From assembly GCA_022616535.1 (NCBI GenBank), contig JAKEEM010000008.1, forward strand, positions 65,652 to 129,651: a stretch of 64,000 nt of DNA. Direction: 5' to 3'. Numbering within the stretch: position 1 is the stretch's first letter; each line of letters opens with the position of its first letter. The position numbers and the translations under genes were made by a program. Under the pieces are notes generated by a model. The model was given only the letters and a program-made list of their open reading frames with translations. It did not search any database and was not told the origin of the DNA. This DNA comes from Chlorobiota bacterium (GTDB lineage: Bacteria; Bacteroidota; Ignavibacteria; Tepidaquicellales; OLB5). Shown piece by piece: positions 36,018 through 44,522 of the stretch.

Positions 36018-36470
36018 TTGGAAGAAAAAGTTCACAAATACAGGTTAGATTTTTACTATCAATCACTTGTTATTTATCTGATTTTCTTTGCAGCATACGT
36101 TTTGCTCAGGGGAACAACAGGAGAAAGCTTTAAATCATTATACGATGACCCGATTTTTTACATTCTGATAATTTTCATAGCGTTGTTTTTAATAATTGTG
36201 ATAATGAATATAATAAGGCAGCCGGTTATAATACTGAAAGGTGATAGAATTGTATTTAAAAACCGTTTCGGAAGCAGGGAAGTTGCCTTTGGCGATATAA
36301 TGAACGTTAAAATCGGCAAACGCAGAAGACCTAAAGAAGATATGACGTACAGAATTATTAAGCTGAAGCTAAAAAACAGAAGAAAGAAGCTGAGAATAAG
36401 AGCCAATGACTTCGAAAGAGGGAACGAGTTAATTAAGGAGTTTTTAAAAATCAAGCATCCGGCTTCATAA
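36018..36470 (+). CDS. Small membrane protein: two TM helices plus a basic PH-like (bPH-type?) cytoplasmic domain
   Basis: TTG start. Two clear hydrophobic helices, then ILKGDRIVFKNRFGSREVAFGDIMNVKIGKRRR.... Fills the murG-murC gap with 14-nt and 9-nt spacers. Confidence 0.5.
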   Translation: MEEKVHKYRLDFYYQSLVIYLIFFAAYVLLRGTTGESFKSLYDDPIFYILIIFIALFLIIVIMNIIRQPVIILKGDRIVFKNRFGSREVAFGDIMNVKIGKRRRPKEDMTYRIIKLKLKNRRKKLRIRANDFERGNELIKEFLKIKHPAS

Positions 36471-36479
36471 GCAAGAGAA

Positions 36480-37859
36480 ATGAAAACTGAAGTGAAAAAT
36501 ATACATTTTATAGGCATCGGAGGCGTTGGCGTGAGCGGACTTGCCGAGTATTTTTTGAAAAACGACTGTAAGGTTTCCGGCTCCGATTTAATTGAATCGG
36601 ATATAACAAAAAGACTCGCCTTGCTTGGAGCAAAAATACATATAGGACATAAAGAAAGCAATATTAGCCAAAATACCGATACAGTGGTTTTCACTTCCGC
36701 AGCAAAGATAGATAATCCCGAGATGGTTAAAGCAGCAAAGCTTGGCATTAGGCTTGTTCGCCGCGCTGAAATGCTCGGGGAGATTGTCAATGATAAATTC
36801 CTGATTGCGGTTTCCGGCACGCACGGTAAAACCACAACAACGGCTATGATTGGAAAGCTGCTGGTTGATGCAGGACTTGACCCGCTCGCTTTTGTTAGGG
36901 GCAGCGCTGCGCTGTTTGAGGGCGGCTCGTCCAGATTTGGGAAAGGGCGCTATGCGGTTGTCGAAGCAGATGAATACGACAGGTCATTTTTAACTCTGAA
37001 GCCCGATATAGCTGTAATAACAAACATTGATGAAGACCACCTTGATGTATACAAGGGGATTGTGGATATAAAAAATACATTTAACCAATTTGTCGGACAG
37101 TCAAAAGAAGGAGGATATATAGTTTACTGCGGAGATGATTCAAACACAAAAAGTTTTATCGGCTCAGTCAGCAGGAATAAAATATCATACGGCTTTGACG
37201 ACAGCAATTACTTGAAAATTACTGATTATAATATAAAACCGAGTAATATAAATTTTTCAATTTTGAATTCGCACAGCTCATATACAGGTATAAATTTGAA
37301 TCTAATAGGGAGGCATAATGTGCTGAATTCAACCGCCTGCTTTGCAGTTTCGAAAATTCTTAACATCGGCTTTGAGAAGTACAGAGAAAGTATTGGCGGG
37401 TTTAAAACGGTTGACAGAAGATTACAGGTGAAATACGATAAAGGCGGAGTAAAAGTCTACGACGATTACGCTCATCATCCGGCTGAAATAAGCTCAAGCT
37501 TAAAGGGATTGAGGGAATCGTTTGCAGGAAGGATTATAATTGTTTTTCAGCCCCATTTGTATTCAAGGACTAAAGATTTTTACAAGGAATTTGCTAAAGA
37601 GCTTTCCGCTGCAGATGAAGTAATACTGATGGATATTTATCCCGCACGCGAGGAGCCCATTAAGGGCGTAACGAGCGAACTGATTCTAAATGAATTTAGG
37701 GAAATTAATTCCAACGTTTCATTAATAAGCAATCGAGGAGAAATTATCGAAAAGCTTTTAAGCACTGCAAAACAGGACAATATAATTGTTTTCCAGGGTG
37801 CGGGTGATGTAACCGAGCTATGCAGTGAATTTGTAAAAAAACTTGAAGCAAAGAATTGA
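36480..37859 (+). CDS. murC: UDP-MurNAc:L-Ala ligase MurC
   Basis: IHFIGIGGVGVSGLA and GTHGKTTTT motifs. Confidence 0.95.
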   Translation: MKTEVKNIHFIGIGGVGVSGLAEYFLKNDCKVSGSDLIESDITKRLALLGAKIHIGHKESNISQNTDTVVFTSAAKIDNPEMVKAAKLGIRLVRRAEMLGEIVNDKFLIAVSGTHGKTTTTAMIGKLLVDAGLDPLAFVRGSAALFEGGSSRFGKGRYAVVEADEYDRSFLTLKPDIAVITNIDEDHLDVYKGIVDIKNTFNQFVGQSKEGGYIVYCGDDSNTKSFIGSVSRNKISYGFDDSNYLKITDYNIKPSNINFSILNSHSSYTGINLNLIGRHNVLNSTACFAVSKILNIGFEKYRESIGGFKTVDRRLQVKYDKGGVKVYDDYAHHPAEISSSLKGLRESFAGRIIIVFQPHLYSRTKDFYKEFAKELSAADEVILMDIYPAREEPIKGVTSELILNEFREINSNVSLISNRGEIIEKLLSTAKQDNIIVFQGAGDVTELCSEFVKKLEAKN

Positions 37860-38761
37860 TATCAATTACAGAAATACAGAAAATTTTTAAAGGCAAAATC
37901 TCTTTAAATGAACCGCTTGCAAGGTTCACCACTTTCAGAATTGGAGGTATGGCCGATTATTACGTTGAGCCTCTTGATGCACAGGACGTTTTGAACATTG
38001 TAAACTACGCATCGAAGCAGGAAATACCTGTTTACACAATGGGCAATGGAAGCAATGTGCTTATAAGCGATGAAGGAATAAGGGGAATTGTAATTAATCT
38101 TGAGGAAGGTTTTCATTACTTAAGAAATGATGACGGCGTAATTTTTTCAGGTGCGGGGGTAAAGCTTGCAAAGCTTGTGGATTTCTGTATTCAGCACAGG
38201 TACGGAGGCGTAGAGATGCTTGCGGGGATTCCCGCAACCGTTGGAGGCGCCTTGGTAATGAATGCCGGCTGCTACGGAGGCGAAACCGCTGACTATGTTA
38301 CTGAAGTGACAGTGGTTAAAAACGGCGAGCTTAAGGTTCTTAAGAAAGCAGAGTGTGATTTCGGATACAGAAGGTCTAATTTAAGGGGCACGGTTGTTCT
38401 TGAGGCAAAATTCAAGCTGCCTGAAGGCGACAGGAAGGAACTATCCAACCGGAGAAAAGAACTGCTTATGAAAAGAAATGAGTCACAGCCGGTGGAGATT
38501 CCGAATGCTGGATGCATTTTTAAAAATCCGAAAAATAATAAAGCGGCTATATTGATAGAACAATGCGGGCTCAAAGGGCAAACTTTCGGTGACGCAATGG
38601 TTTCGCAGAAACACGCAAATTTCATTGTAAACGTTAATAATGCTTCTGCAAGTGACGTAGTTGAGCTCATAAAAATTATAAGGAAGACTGTAAAGGAAAA
38701 AGCCGGTGTTGAACTTGAACTGGAAGTCAAACCGATAGGATTTGGAGAGCATGAAATATGA
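37856..38761 (+). CDS. murB: UDP-N-acetylenolpyruvoylglucosamine reductase MurB
   Basis: FRIGGMADY, GNGSN and GCIFKNP motifs. Confidence 0.95.
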   Translation: MISITEIQKIFKGKISLNEPLARFTTFRIGGMADYYVEPLDAQDVLNIVNYASKQEIPVYTMGNGSNVLISDEGIRGIVINLEEGFHYLRNDDGVIFSGAGVKLAKLVDFCIQHRYGGVEMLAGIPATVGGALVMNAGCYGGETADYVTEVTVVKNGELKVLKKAECDFGYRRSNLRGTVVLEAKFKLPEGDRKELSNRRKELLMKRNESQPVEIPNAGCIFKNPKNNKAAILIEQCGLKGQTFGDAMVSQKHANFIVNVNNASASDVVELIKIIRKTVKEKAGVELELEVKPIGFGEHEI

Positions 38762-39582
38762 AAAACTGGAAGATTATAATACTTTTTGTGATTGTAATAA
38801 TTTTTATGTTTTCAACTATTGTTCTTTCCGGTTTCTGGAAGGATAAAACAACTGTTAACAAGGTTGAGCTTTCCGGAAATACTACTTTATCCAAAGAAGA
38901 GATTTTTGAATTTGCAAAATTAAATGATACGCTTATATGCTCAAACTCCTTAACTTTGGAGATGATTGAAAGCAGAATGGGCAAGCATCCGAACATTAAA
39001 AAAGTTGATGTGAGCAGGGACGCAACAGTAATAAAAATAAATATTTCCGAAAAGAACCCGTTTACTGTTGCATCTAACGGGCAGGAAATGTTTTTGGTCG
39101 ATGACCAGCTTACGCTGTATTCAATGAAAAAAGAGCATAAGGATATTGATTTGCCGGTAGTAAGCGGGCTTTCGGGTGAACTTGGAATCAATACTTTCGG
39201 AAAAACCGATTTGAAAAATCTTAAGATAGCTCAATATATAATCAGCAAATGTATTAAAATAAACAAAAGCTTATACAACTATATATCGGAAATTAATTTC
39301 TCGGATTCAGACCAGATAATTCTTGTAACAAACGATGATGCTGCGTTTTTATATTTTATCGATTACTCGGCAATTTTAGGCAGGGAAAAACTGCAGACGC
39401 TTGAGCAGGTTAAGGATATAAACAGCTCATCGCTGAGGGAAGCAATCGATATAAAGCTTATTCAACTATACGGTTTTTTGAAGCAGGTACGGCTTTACAG
39501 GCCTCCGGACTCATTTGCGTATATCGATATGAGATATGAGGATATGGTGGTGGTTAAAAATAAAAATCAACAAGCGGAATAG
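38758..39582 (+). CDS. ftsQ: Cell-division protein FtsQ (POTRA + FtsQ domain)
   Basis: N-terminal TM segment, POTRA-like VELSGNTTLSKEEI, and the canonical position before ftsA. Confidence 0.8.
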   Translation: MKNWKIIILFVIVIIFMFSTIVLSGFWKDKTTVNKVELSGNTTLSKEEIFEFAKLNDTLICSNSLTLEMIESRMGKHPNIKKVDVSRDATVIKINISEKNPFTVASNGQEMFLVDDQLTLYSMKKEHKDIDLPVVSGLSGELGINTFGKTDLKNLKIAQYIISKCIKINKSLYNYISEINFSDSDQIILVTNDDAAFLYFIDYSAILGREKLQTLEQVKDINSSSLREAIDIKLIQLYGFLKQVRLYRPPDSFAYIDMRYEDMVVVKNKNQQAE

Positions 39583-39599
39583 TTAACTGTAATAAATAA

Positions 39600-40859
39600 A
39601 TGGGCAGGAAAAAAGATTATGATAATATTATAGTAAGTCTTGACGTAGGCACGACAAAAATCTGCACTATTGTAACGCAGGTCAGAGCTGACGGAAGGCT
39701 TAATATTCTTGGTGTGGGTAAGTCCGCTTCTACGGGACTTTCACGCGGGATGGTGGTAAATCCGGGTAAAACAATTGAATCGATACGGGTTTCCTTGAAA
39801 GAAGCGGAGGAACGCTCAGGTTTTGACATAAAATCAGTTACGGTCGGAATCGCAGGACCCCACATAAGATGCATCCAGTCCGAGGGAATTGTGGCAATAG
39901 CACATCCCGACAGGATTATAACAGAGGATGACATCGAACGACTTTACGAAAGCGCAAAGAGTCTGAAGCTTTCGAAAGATGAAAAGATAATCGATGTTAT
40001 TCCCCAGGAGTTTATAATAGACAGCAAGGACGGAATCTTCGATTTGCCGATTGGTATGTTCGGCCTGAGGATGGAAGCGAAAATCAACATACTAACCGGG
40101 CTTGTTTCGCAGATTGACGACCTTTCGAACTGCGTTCAGACCGCGGGAGTGGATATTGACGATATTGTCCTTGAGCCCCTTGCTTCGTCTTACGCCGTTT
40201 TAAACGATTCCGAAAAGAAGGTCGGCGTTGCGATGATAGATATCGGCGGTGGCACAACGGATATAGCCGTGTTCAAAAAAGGCGTGATAAAGCACACGGC
40301 GGGGATAGGAATTGCAGGAAGCCAGGTAACAAATGATATTAGCGAAACACTCGGAATTGATGAAAAGGAAGCCGAGAGAATTAAAAAGGAATTCGGCTAT
40401 GCGATGGTAAGCGAGATAATTAACGATGACATTGTAACGATTCAGGGAATAAAGGGAAGAAAGCCGCTGAAGATAGAAAAGAGTATTATTTCAAGAATAA
40501 TACAGGCAAGAATGGAAGAGCTTTTTGTTCTTGCGGCGCAGGAAATAAAACGTTCCGGGATTGAAAGCTATTTGCCCGCCGGGGTTGTGATAACGGGCGG
40601 CGGTTCTTTATTAAAAGGCACCAGGGAGCTTGCCCAGCAGGTTTTGGGCGCGGAGGTTAATTTAGGCGTGCCGACAGATATCGGCGGAGGGTTAATCAAA
40701 GAAGTCGAAAGCCCCATATACTCAACGGGAATCGGCTTAATTCTTCACAGGCTGAAATATCTTTCGCAGAAGAAAAATTTAAAAAAAGGAAGAGGCAAAT
40801 CCTCCCGCGGAGTTAAAAATATTCTTGAAAGAATAAAACAATGGTTCGACGAATTATAA
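39600..40859 (+). CDS. ftsA: Cell-division protein FtsA
   Basis: Actin-fold motifs LDVGTTKI, DIGGGTTD and ITGGGS, plus a C-terminal amphipathic helix. Confidence 0.95.
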   Translation: MGRKKDYDNIIVSLDVGTTKICTIVTQVRADGRLNILGVGKSASTGLSRGMVVNPGKTIESIRVSLKEAEERSGFDIKSVTVGIAGPHIRCIQSEGIVAIAHPDRIITEDDIERLYESAKSLKLSKDEKIIDVIPQEFIIDSKDGIFDLPIGMFGLRMEAKINILTGLVSQIDDLSNCVQTAGVDIDDIVLEPLASSYAVLNDSEKKVGVAMIDIGGGTTDIAVFKKGVIKHTAGIGIAGSQVTNDISETLGIDEKEAERIKKEFGYAMVSEIINDDIVTIQGIKGRKPLKIEKSIISRIIQARMEELFVLAAQEIKRSGIESYLPAGVVITGGGSLLKGTRELAQQVLGAEVNLGVPTDIGGGLIKEVESPIYSTGIGLILHRLKYLSQKKNLKKGRGKSSRGVKNILERIKQWFDEL

Positions 40860-40924
40860 TGATTTTTAAAAACATAAAACAAATTAATAATTTAATAAAT
40901 TTAATTCCTTTCTAGGGGAAAGAA

Positions 40925-42193
40925 ATGGAGAAAACTAAAATGGCTATTTCATTAGTAACAGATACAGCTTACGGTGCAAAGATAAAAGTTGTCGGCGTCG
41001 GAGGCGCAGGCGGAAATGCAATTAACAACATGATTGAAAAGGGGCTTGACAGCGTCGATTTTATTGCGATGAACACAGATATTCAGGATTTGGAAAGAAA
41101 TAAGTCCGATATTAAAATTCAAATTGGCAGGAACACAACACTTGGTCTTGGTGCGGGTATGGATGAAACCAAAGGCGCCAAGGCAGTAGAGGAAAGCAGG
41201 GAGGAAATCGAGCAGGTTGTACGTGGCTCGGATATGGTGTTTATAACCGCAGGTATGGGCGGCGGAACCGGTACCGGAGGCGCGCCGGCTGTTGCAAGAA
41301 TTGCCAAAGCAACCGGGGCGCTTGTTGTAGGGATTGTGACCAAACCGTTTGATTTCGAAGGCGATGACAGAATCAGAATAGCAGAAGATGGGCTGAAAAG
41401 GTTAAAACAGGAAGTGGATTCATGCATAGTTATTCCCAACGAGAGGCTCCTCACTTTATTTGGCGAAGAAATAACGCTTGAAAGCAGCTTTAAGAAAGTA
41501 GATGACGTTTTATACAACGCAACAAGGGGGATTTCCGATATTATTACCAAAAAGGGCAAAGTAAACGTTGACTTTGCCGATGTAAAGACGATTATGAGAG
41601 ATATGGGAGATGCATTGATGGGAATCGGCTATGCGAAGGGCGAAAACAAATCGCTCAGGGCAACGCAGGAAGCCATCGATAACCCGCTTCTTGAGGGTGT
41701 TTCAATTGCCGGCTCGAAATCAATACTACTTAACATTATTGCAGACCCGAATTTCAAGATTTCGGAACTTAAGAATATGACCGAGCAGATTAAACAGGCT
41801 GCCGGATGCAACTACGGAAAGCTCATTTGGGGCGTTGTTTCTGACGAAAGGCTTGAAGACGAAATCATCGTTACTATTATTGCAACGGGGTTTTCCATAG
41901 TTCAGCAGAAGCAGCTTAATACTTACCCTGAGAAGGAGGAAGTTAAATCAAAAAACCTTTTGCTTGAGTCCGATATCGAATCAAAAGTTGTGAAGATTCC
42001 AAGCACACAGCAGGAGCTTCAGCAGTATGATATTCCCGCAGTGCAGCGCAATAAGCTTTTAAGCGATGAAGACATTAAGAAAATAAGAACAAGAAACGAA
42101 GAGCTTGAGCTTGATGACTTCGATTTCGATTCCGATGACTTTAAAATCTCAAATGATGATAAGCCTGCTTTCTTAAGAAGGCAGATGGATTAA
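40925..42193 (+). CDS. ftsZ: Cell-division GTPase FtsZ
   Basis: GVGGAGGNA and GGGTGTGGAP tubulin signatures; C-terminal DKPAFLRRQ peptide. Confidence 0.97.
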   Translation: MEKTKMAISLVTDTAYGAKIKVVGVGGAGGNAINNMIEKGLDSVDFIAMNTDIQDLERNKSDIKIQIGRNTTLGLGAGMDETKGAKAVEESREEIEQVVRGSDMVFITAGMGGGTGTGGAPAVARIAKATGALVVGIVTKPFDFEGDDRIRIAEDGLKRLKQEVDSCIVIPNERLLTLFGEEITLESSFKKVDDVLYNATRGISDIITKKGKVNVDFADVKTIMRDMGDALMGIGYAKGENKSLRATQEAIDNPLLEGVSIAGSKSILLNIIADPNFKISELKNMTEQIKQAAGCNYGKLIWGVVSDERLEDEIIVTIIATGFSIVQQKQLNTYPEKEEVKSKNLLLESDIESKVVKIPSTQQELQQYDIPAVQRNKLLSDEDIKKIRTRNEELELDDFDFDSDDFKISNDDKPAFLRRQMD

Positions 42194-42415
42194 TAAAAAT
42201 TTTTGCTGACCCACTATTGAAAATGACGGATGTTAGATTTGGAAATGACGTCTCAAAAGCAAGCTTTAGCAGGAAGGCAGATATTATCTCCACTCCGGTT
42301 CTGCCGGAGCTGTTAAAAGCGGTTTTTGCGGCCGCTGATATTTGGCGGGGTTTCCAGTACAGTTCGTCATAGGCTTTTCCTCATCTTTTCCCCAAAAAGC
42401 CTCCTCCATACCCCA

Positions 42416-42449
42416 GGGGTTCTGACCAAACAGAACCCCTTATTTTTTT
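42416..42449 (+). terminator. Rho-independent terminator, about 220 nt downstream of ftsZ
   Basis: GGGGTTCTG-accaaa-CAGAACCCC followed by TTATTTTTTT. Confidence 0.7.
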
Positions 42450-42473
42450 GAGAAAACTCTTTTAATAGCTTTC

Positions 42474-42593
42474 TTACTCAGGCAGTATTGATGAAGCTTT
42501 CCACACAACAAGCCTTCCATTTCCGCCGCCTGCAGCTAAGCTGGTGCCGTCTCCGGAGAATTTCACGGTGATAACTTCAGAATTTACAGCAGC
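42474..42593 (-). other. Out-of-frame seventh WD40 blade downstream of the annotated WD40 stop
   Basis: The alternative minus-strand frame reads AAVNSEVITVKFSGDGTSLAAGGGNGRLVVWKASSILPE*, a complete WD repeat offset by one nucleotide from the upstream frame. Confidence 0.7.
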
Positions 42594-43515
42594 TTAAGGT
42601 AACAATTAAGTTAGTTGTTTTTACATCCCAAATCTTAACCGTTTCGTCATTGCCTGCAGAGGCTAAATACCTGCTGTCAGGCGAAAAGGACGCGAAGTTA
42701 ACTTCATTTGTATGCCCTTTTAATGTTTTAATGCTTTTGGCTGAGATAATATCCCAAATCTTTATTGTTTCATCTTTGCCAGCACTTGCTAAAAATTTGC
42801 CGTCTTGAGAAAAAGTAACGAAATTCACTTTTTCGCTGTGACCTTTGTATGGAGGAACAAATTTTGAATATTCAAAGCTGTAAATAGGTATTGATTTCCC
42901 CAGATTTCCCGATGCGATGTAGTCACCACTGGTGCTGAATTCACAGTTAAAGAAATCAGCCCTGTATGTTTCAAAAAGTTTTGAGCCAAAAAGTGAGCCG
43001 TCGGAATCACCGGGCTTTGTTAGCTTGAGAGTTTTTATTTTCTCATAGCCCGGAACACCGTAAATATCCAGATAGAAAATTTTGCTCAATCCTTTTTCTC
43101 TTTCATCTTTTGATGCTTCCTTCACATAAGCTAATGCAAACTTTTTACCCGAGCCTGAGTATGAAACATAATAACAGTTCCCGTCCTTCCTGAAATTTTG
43201 TACGATTTCCCTGTTATTCGCTTTCATGATGGTTACATATCCGTCATAAGTGGTATATGCAAAATAGCCGTCGGTAGAATAGTTTACGCAAGTTACATTA
43301 GAGGTAGTTTCGAGTGAATAAATGCGGGTGTATGATTCGGCTTCCCAGAAGATTATGACTCCGTTTTCATCGGCACTTGCTATAAATTTTGAATCAGGTG
43401 AGTAAGAAATTGAATTTACGTTTCCCCTATGGCCTTCGAGAGTTTTATATTCCTGCGAAGAAACGGGACTAAGGTATAGTATAAATAATAATAAAATAAT
43501 TTTGTTTATGATCAT
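42577..43515 (-). CDS. Signal-peptide-bearing WD40 beta-propeller protein (six blades in frame; frameshifted or truncated at the 3' end)
   Basis: Signal peptide MIINKIILLLFILYLSPVSSQ. Repeats of the type GH..EVN..SFSPD...LASAG.DETVKIWD. Confidence 0.8.
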   Translation of the reverse strand: MIINKIILLLFILYLSPVSSQEYKTLEGHRGNVNSISYSPDSKFIASADENGVIIFWEAESYTRIYSLETTSNVTCVNYSTDGYFAYTTYDGYVTIMKANNREIVQNFRKDGNCYYVSYSGSGKKFALAYVKEASKDEREKGLSKIFYLDIYGVPGYEKIKTLKLTKPGDSDGSLFGSKLFETYRADFFNCEFSTSGDYIASGNLGKSIPIYSFEYSKFVPPYKGHSEKVNFVTFSQDGKFLASAGKDETIKIWDIISAKSIKTLKGHTNEVNFASFSPDSRYLASAGNDETVKIWDVKTTNLIVTLSCCKF

Positions 43516-43621
43516 AAATGTTTAGATAAATTAATAAATTTTATGAATAATTTTGTTTGTTTGCTATAACATATCGATTTTGTAAAAAGTTGAGGAAAAA
43601 TGAGGAAAGAAAGGGATTCTT

Positions 43622-43660
43622 CCTGCCTGCAGCAGTTCAACCCGGCAGTAGACAGGCAGG
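43622..43660. repeat. GC-rich inverted-repeat element, copy B
   Basis: CCTGCCTGcagcagttcaacccggcagtagaCAGGCAGG. Intergenic, 106 nt upstream of the WD40 ATG. Confidence 0.8.
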
Positions 43661-43675
43661 TGCTTCGCTCAGAAT

Positions 43676-43704
43676 ATAAAAAAAGGGCTTACTTTTGTAA
43701 GCCC
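43676..43704 (-). terminator. Rho-independent terminator of the 207-aa gene
   Basis: On the minus strand: GGGCTTAC-aaaa-GTAAGCCC followed by TTTTTTTATA. Confidence 0.7.
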
Positions 43705-43760
43705 CGGTTCATCTGCTAATTAGTAGGGAATACTACAGCTATGCTGTTATAGCAGAAACT

Positions 43761-44384
43761 CTATGGTTGATAAGTATATGTATAAGTAGTTACGTAATGA
43801 TCTTTACCAATGAAGCAGTCGATAATCAGCTGGCACTCGTTCGATTCGTCGAAAAGATTTTTCGGTGCGTAGAAAAATCCTTTCTTAACTTCGCTGTTAT
43901 ACTGCCTGTTATCCTTGGAGACTTTCAATACTTCTATTGAAGTCGGATTTGCAGCCATATAGTTAGTACCGACAGCATCGAAAAACATTTTTATTCCTAG
44001 ATTAACTCTGCCGGTTGTGCTGTATTCATTATTCGTGTAAACCGCTTCGAGATTCATGTAGCTTCCCGGCTGCATTTTCTGAGGCGGCTCCTGCCATTTA
44101 AAACTTGCATCCACGGTGTGAATAATATCAATAATATCTTTCCATGAACATAGGGCGTTTACTTCCAGGGCGCTTGAAGGAGTCCACGTAGTAATGCTTT
44201 GCTTGTTGTAAGCCTCCTGCTTTACATTTGTGAGCACCCAGTTCCCGCCGGTAAGTTCTGTTAAATTACCGCCGCTTTCATACTGAGCATAAGAAGTATT
44301 AACAATTACAAGTAGTGCAATTGCTAAAAGAGCTAGTCCCGAAATTTTAGAAAAACTGTATATTTTATTCATAGTAACCTTCAC
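43761..44384 (-). CDS. Hypothetical secreted protein (207 aa)
   Basis: Signal-anchor/signal peptide ...LLAIALLVIVNTSYAQ. No recognisable domain. Confidence 0.6.
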   Translation of the reverse strand: MKVTMNKIYSFSKISGLALLAIALLVIVNTSYAQYESGGNLTELTGGNWVLTNVKQEAYNKQSITTWTPSSALEVNALCSWKDIIDIIHTVDASFKWQEPPQKMQPGSYMNLEAVYTNNEYSTTGRVNLGIKMFFDAVGTNYMAANPTSIEVLKVSKDNRQYNSEVKKGFFYAPKNLFDESNECQLIIDCFIGKDHYVTTYTYTYQP

Positions 44385-44522
44385 TTCTAACCTATTATAG
44401 GTAGTTAGATTTTACGCAAATTTACATTAAATCATTAATCTAACTAACACAAATATGGTATGGAATAGGGGGTATTATCAATACCTCGTATTAGTGATAT
44501 TCCCTGCTATTTCGAAATATTT

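Noticed and set aside
36158-36835. A 225-aa minus-strand ORF overlapping the murG-murC spacer gene and the murC 5' end. Similar long antisense ORFs occur at 26026-26469, 29028-29504, 38293-38730, 38727-39191, 41119-41559, 59460-59942 and 60475-61098.
   Set aside because: Each lies entirely opposite a strongly supported conserved gene (ftsI, murF, murB, ftsQ, ftsZ, atpF, atpB, murC). Their sequences are low-complexity and S/L/P/I-rich, as expected from the antisense of AT-rich coding DNA, and none has a recognisable motif or plausible start context.
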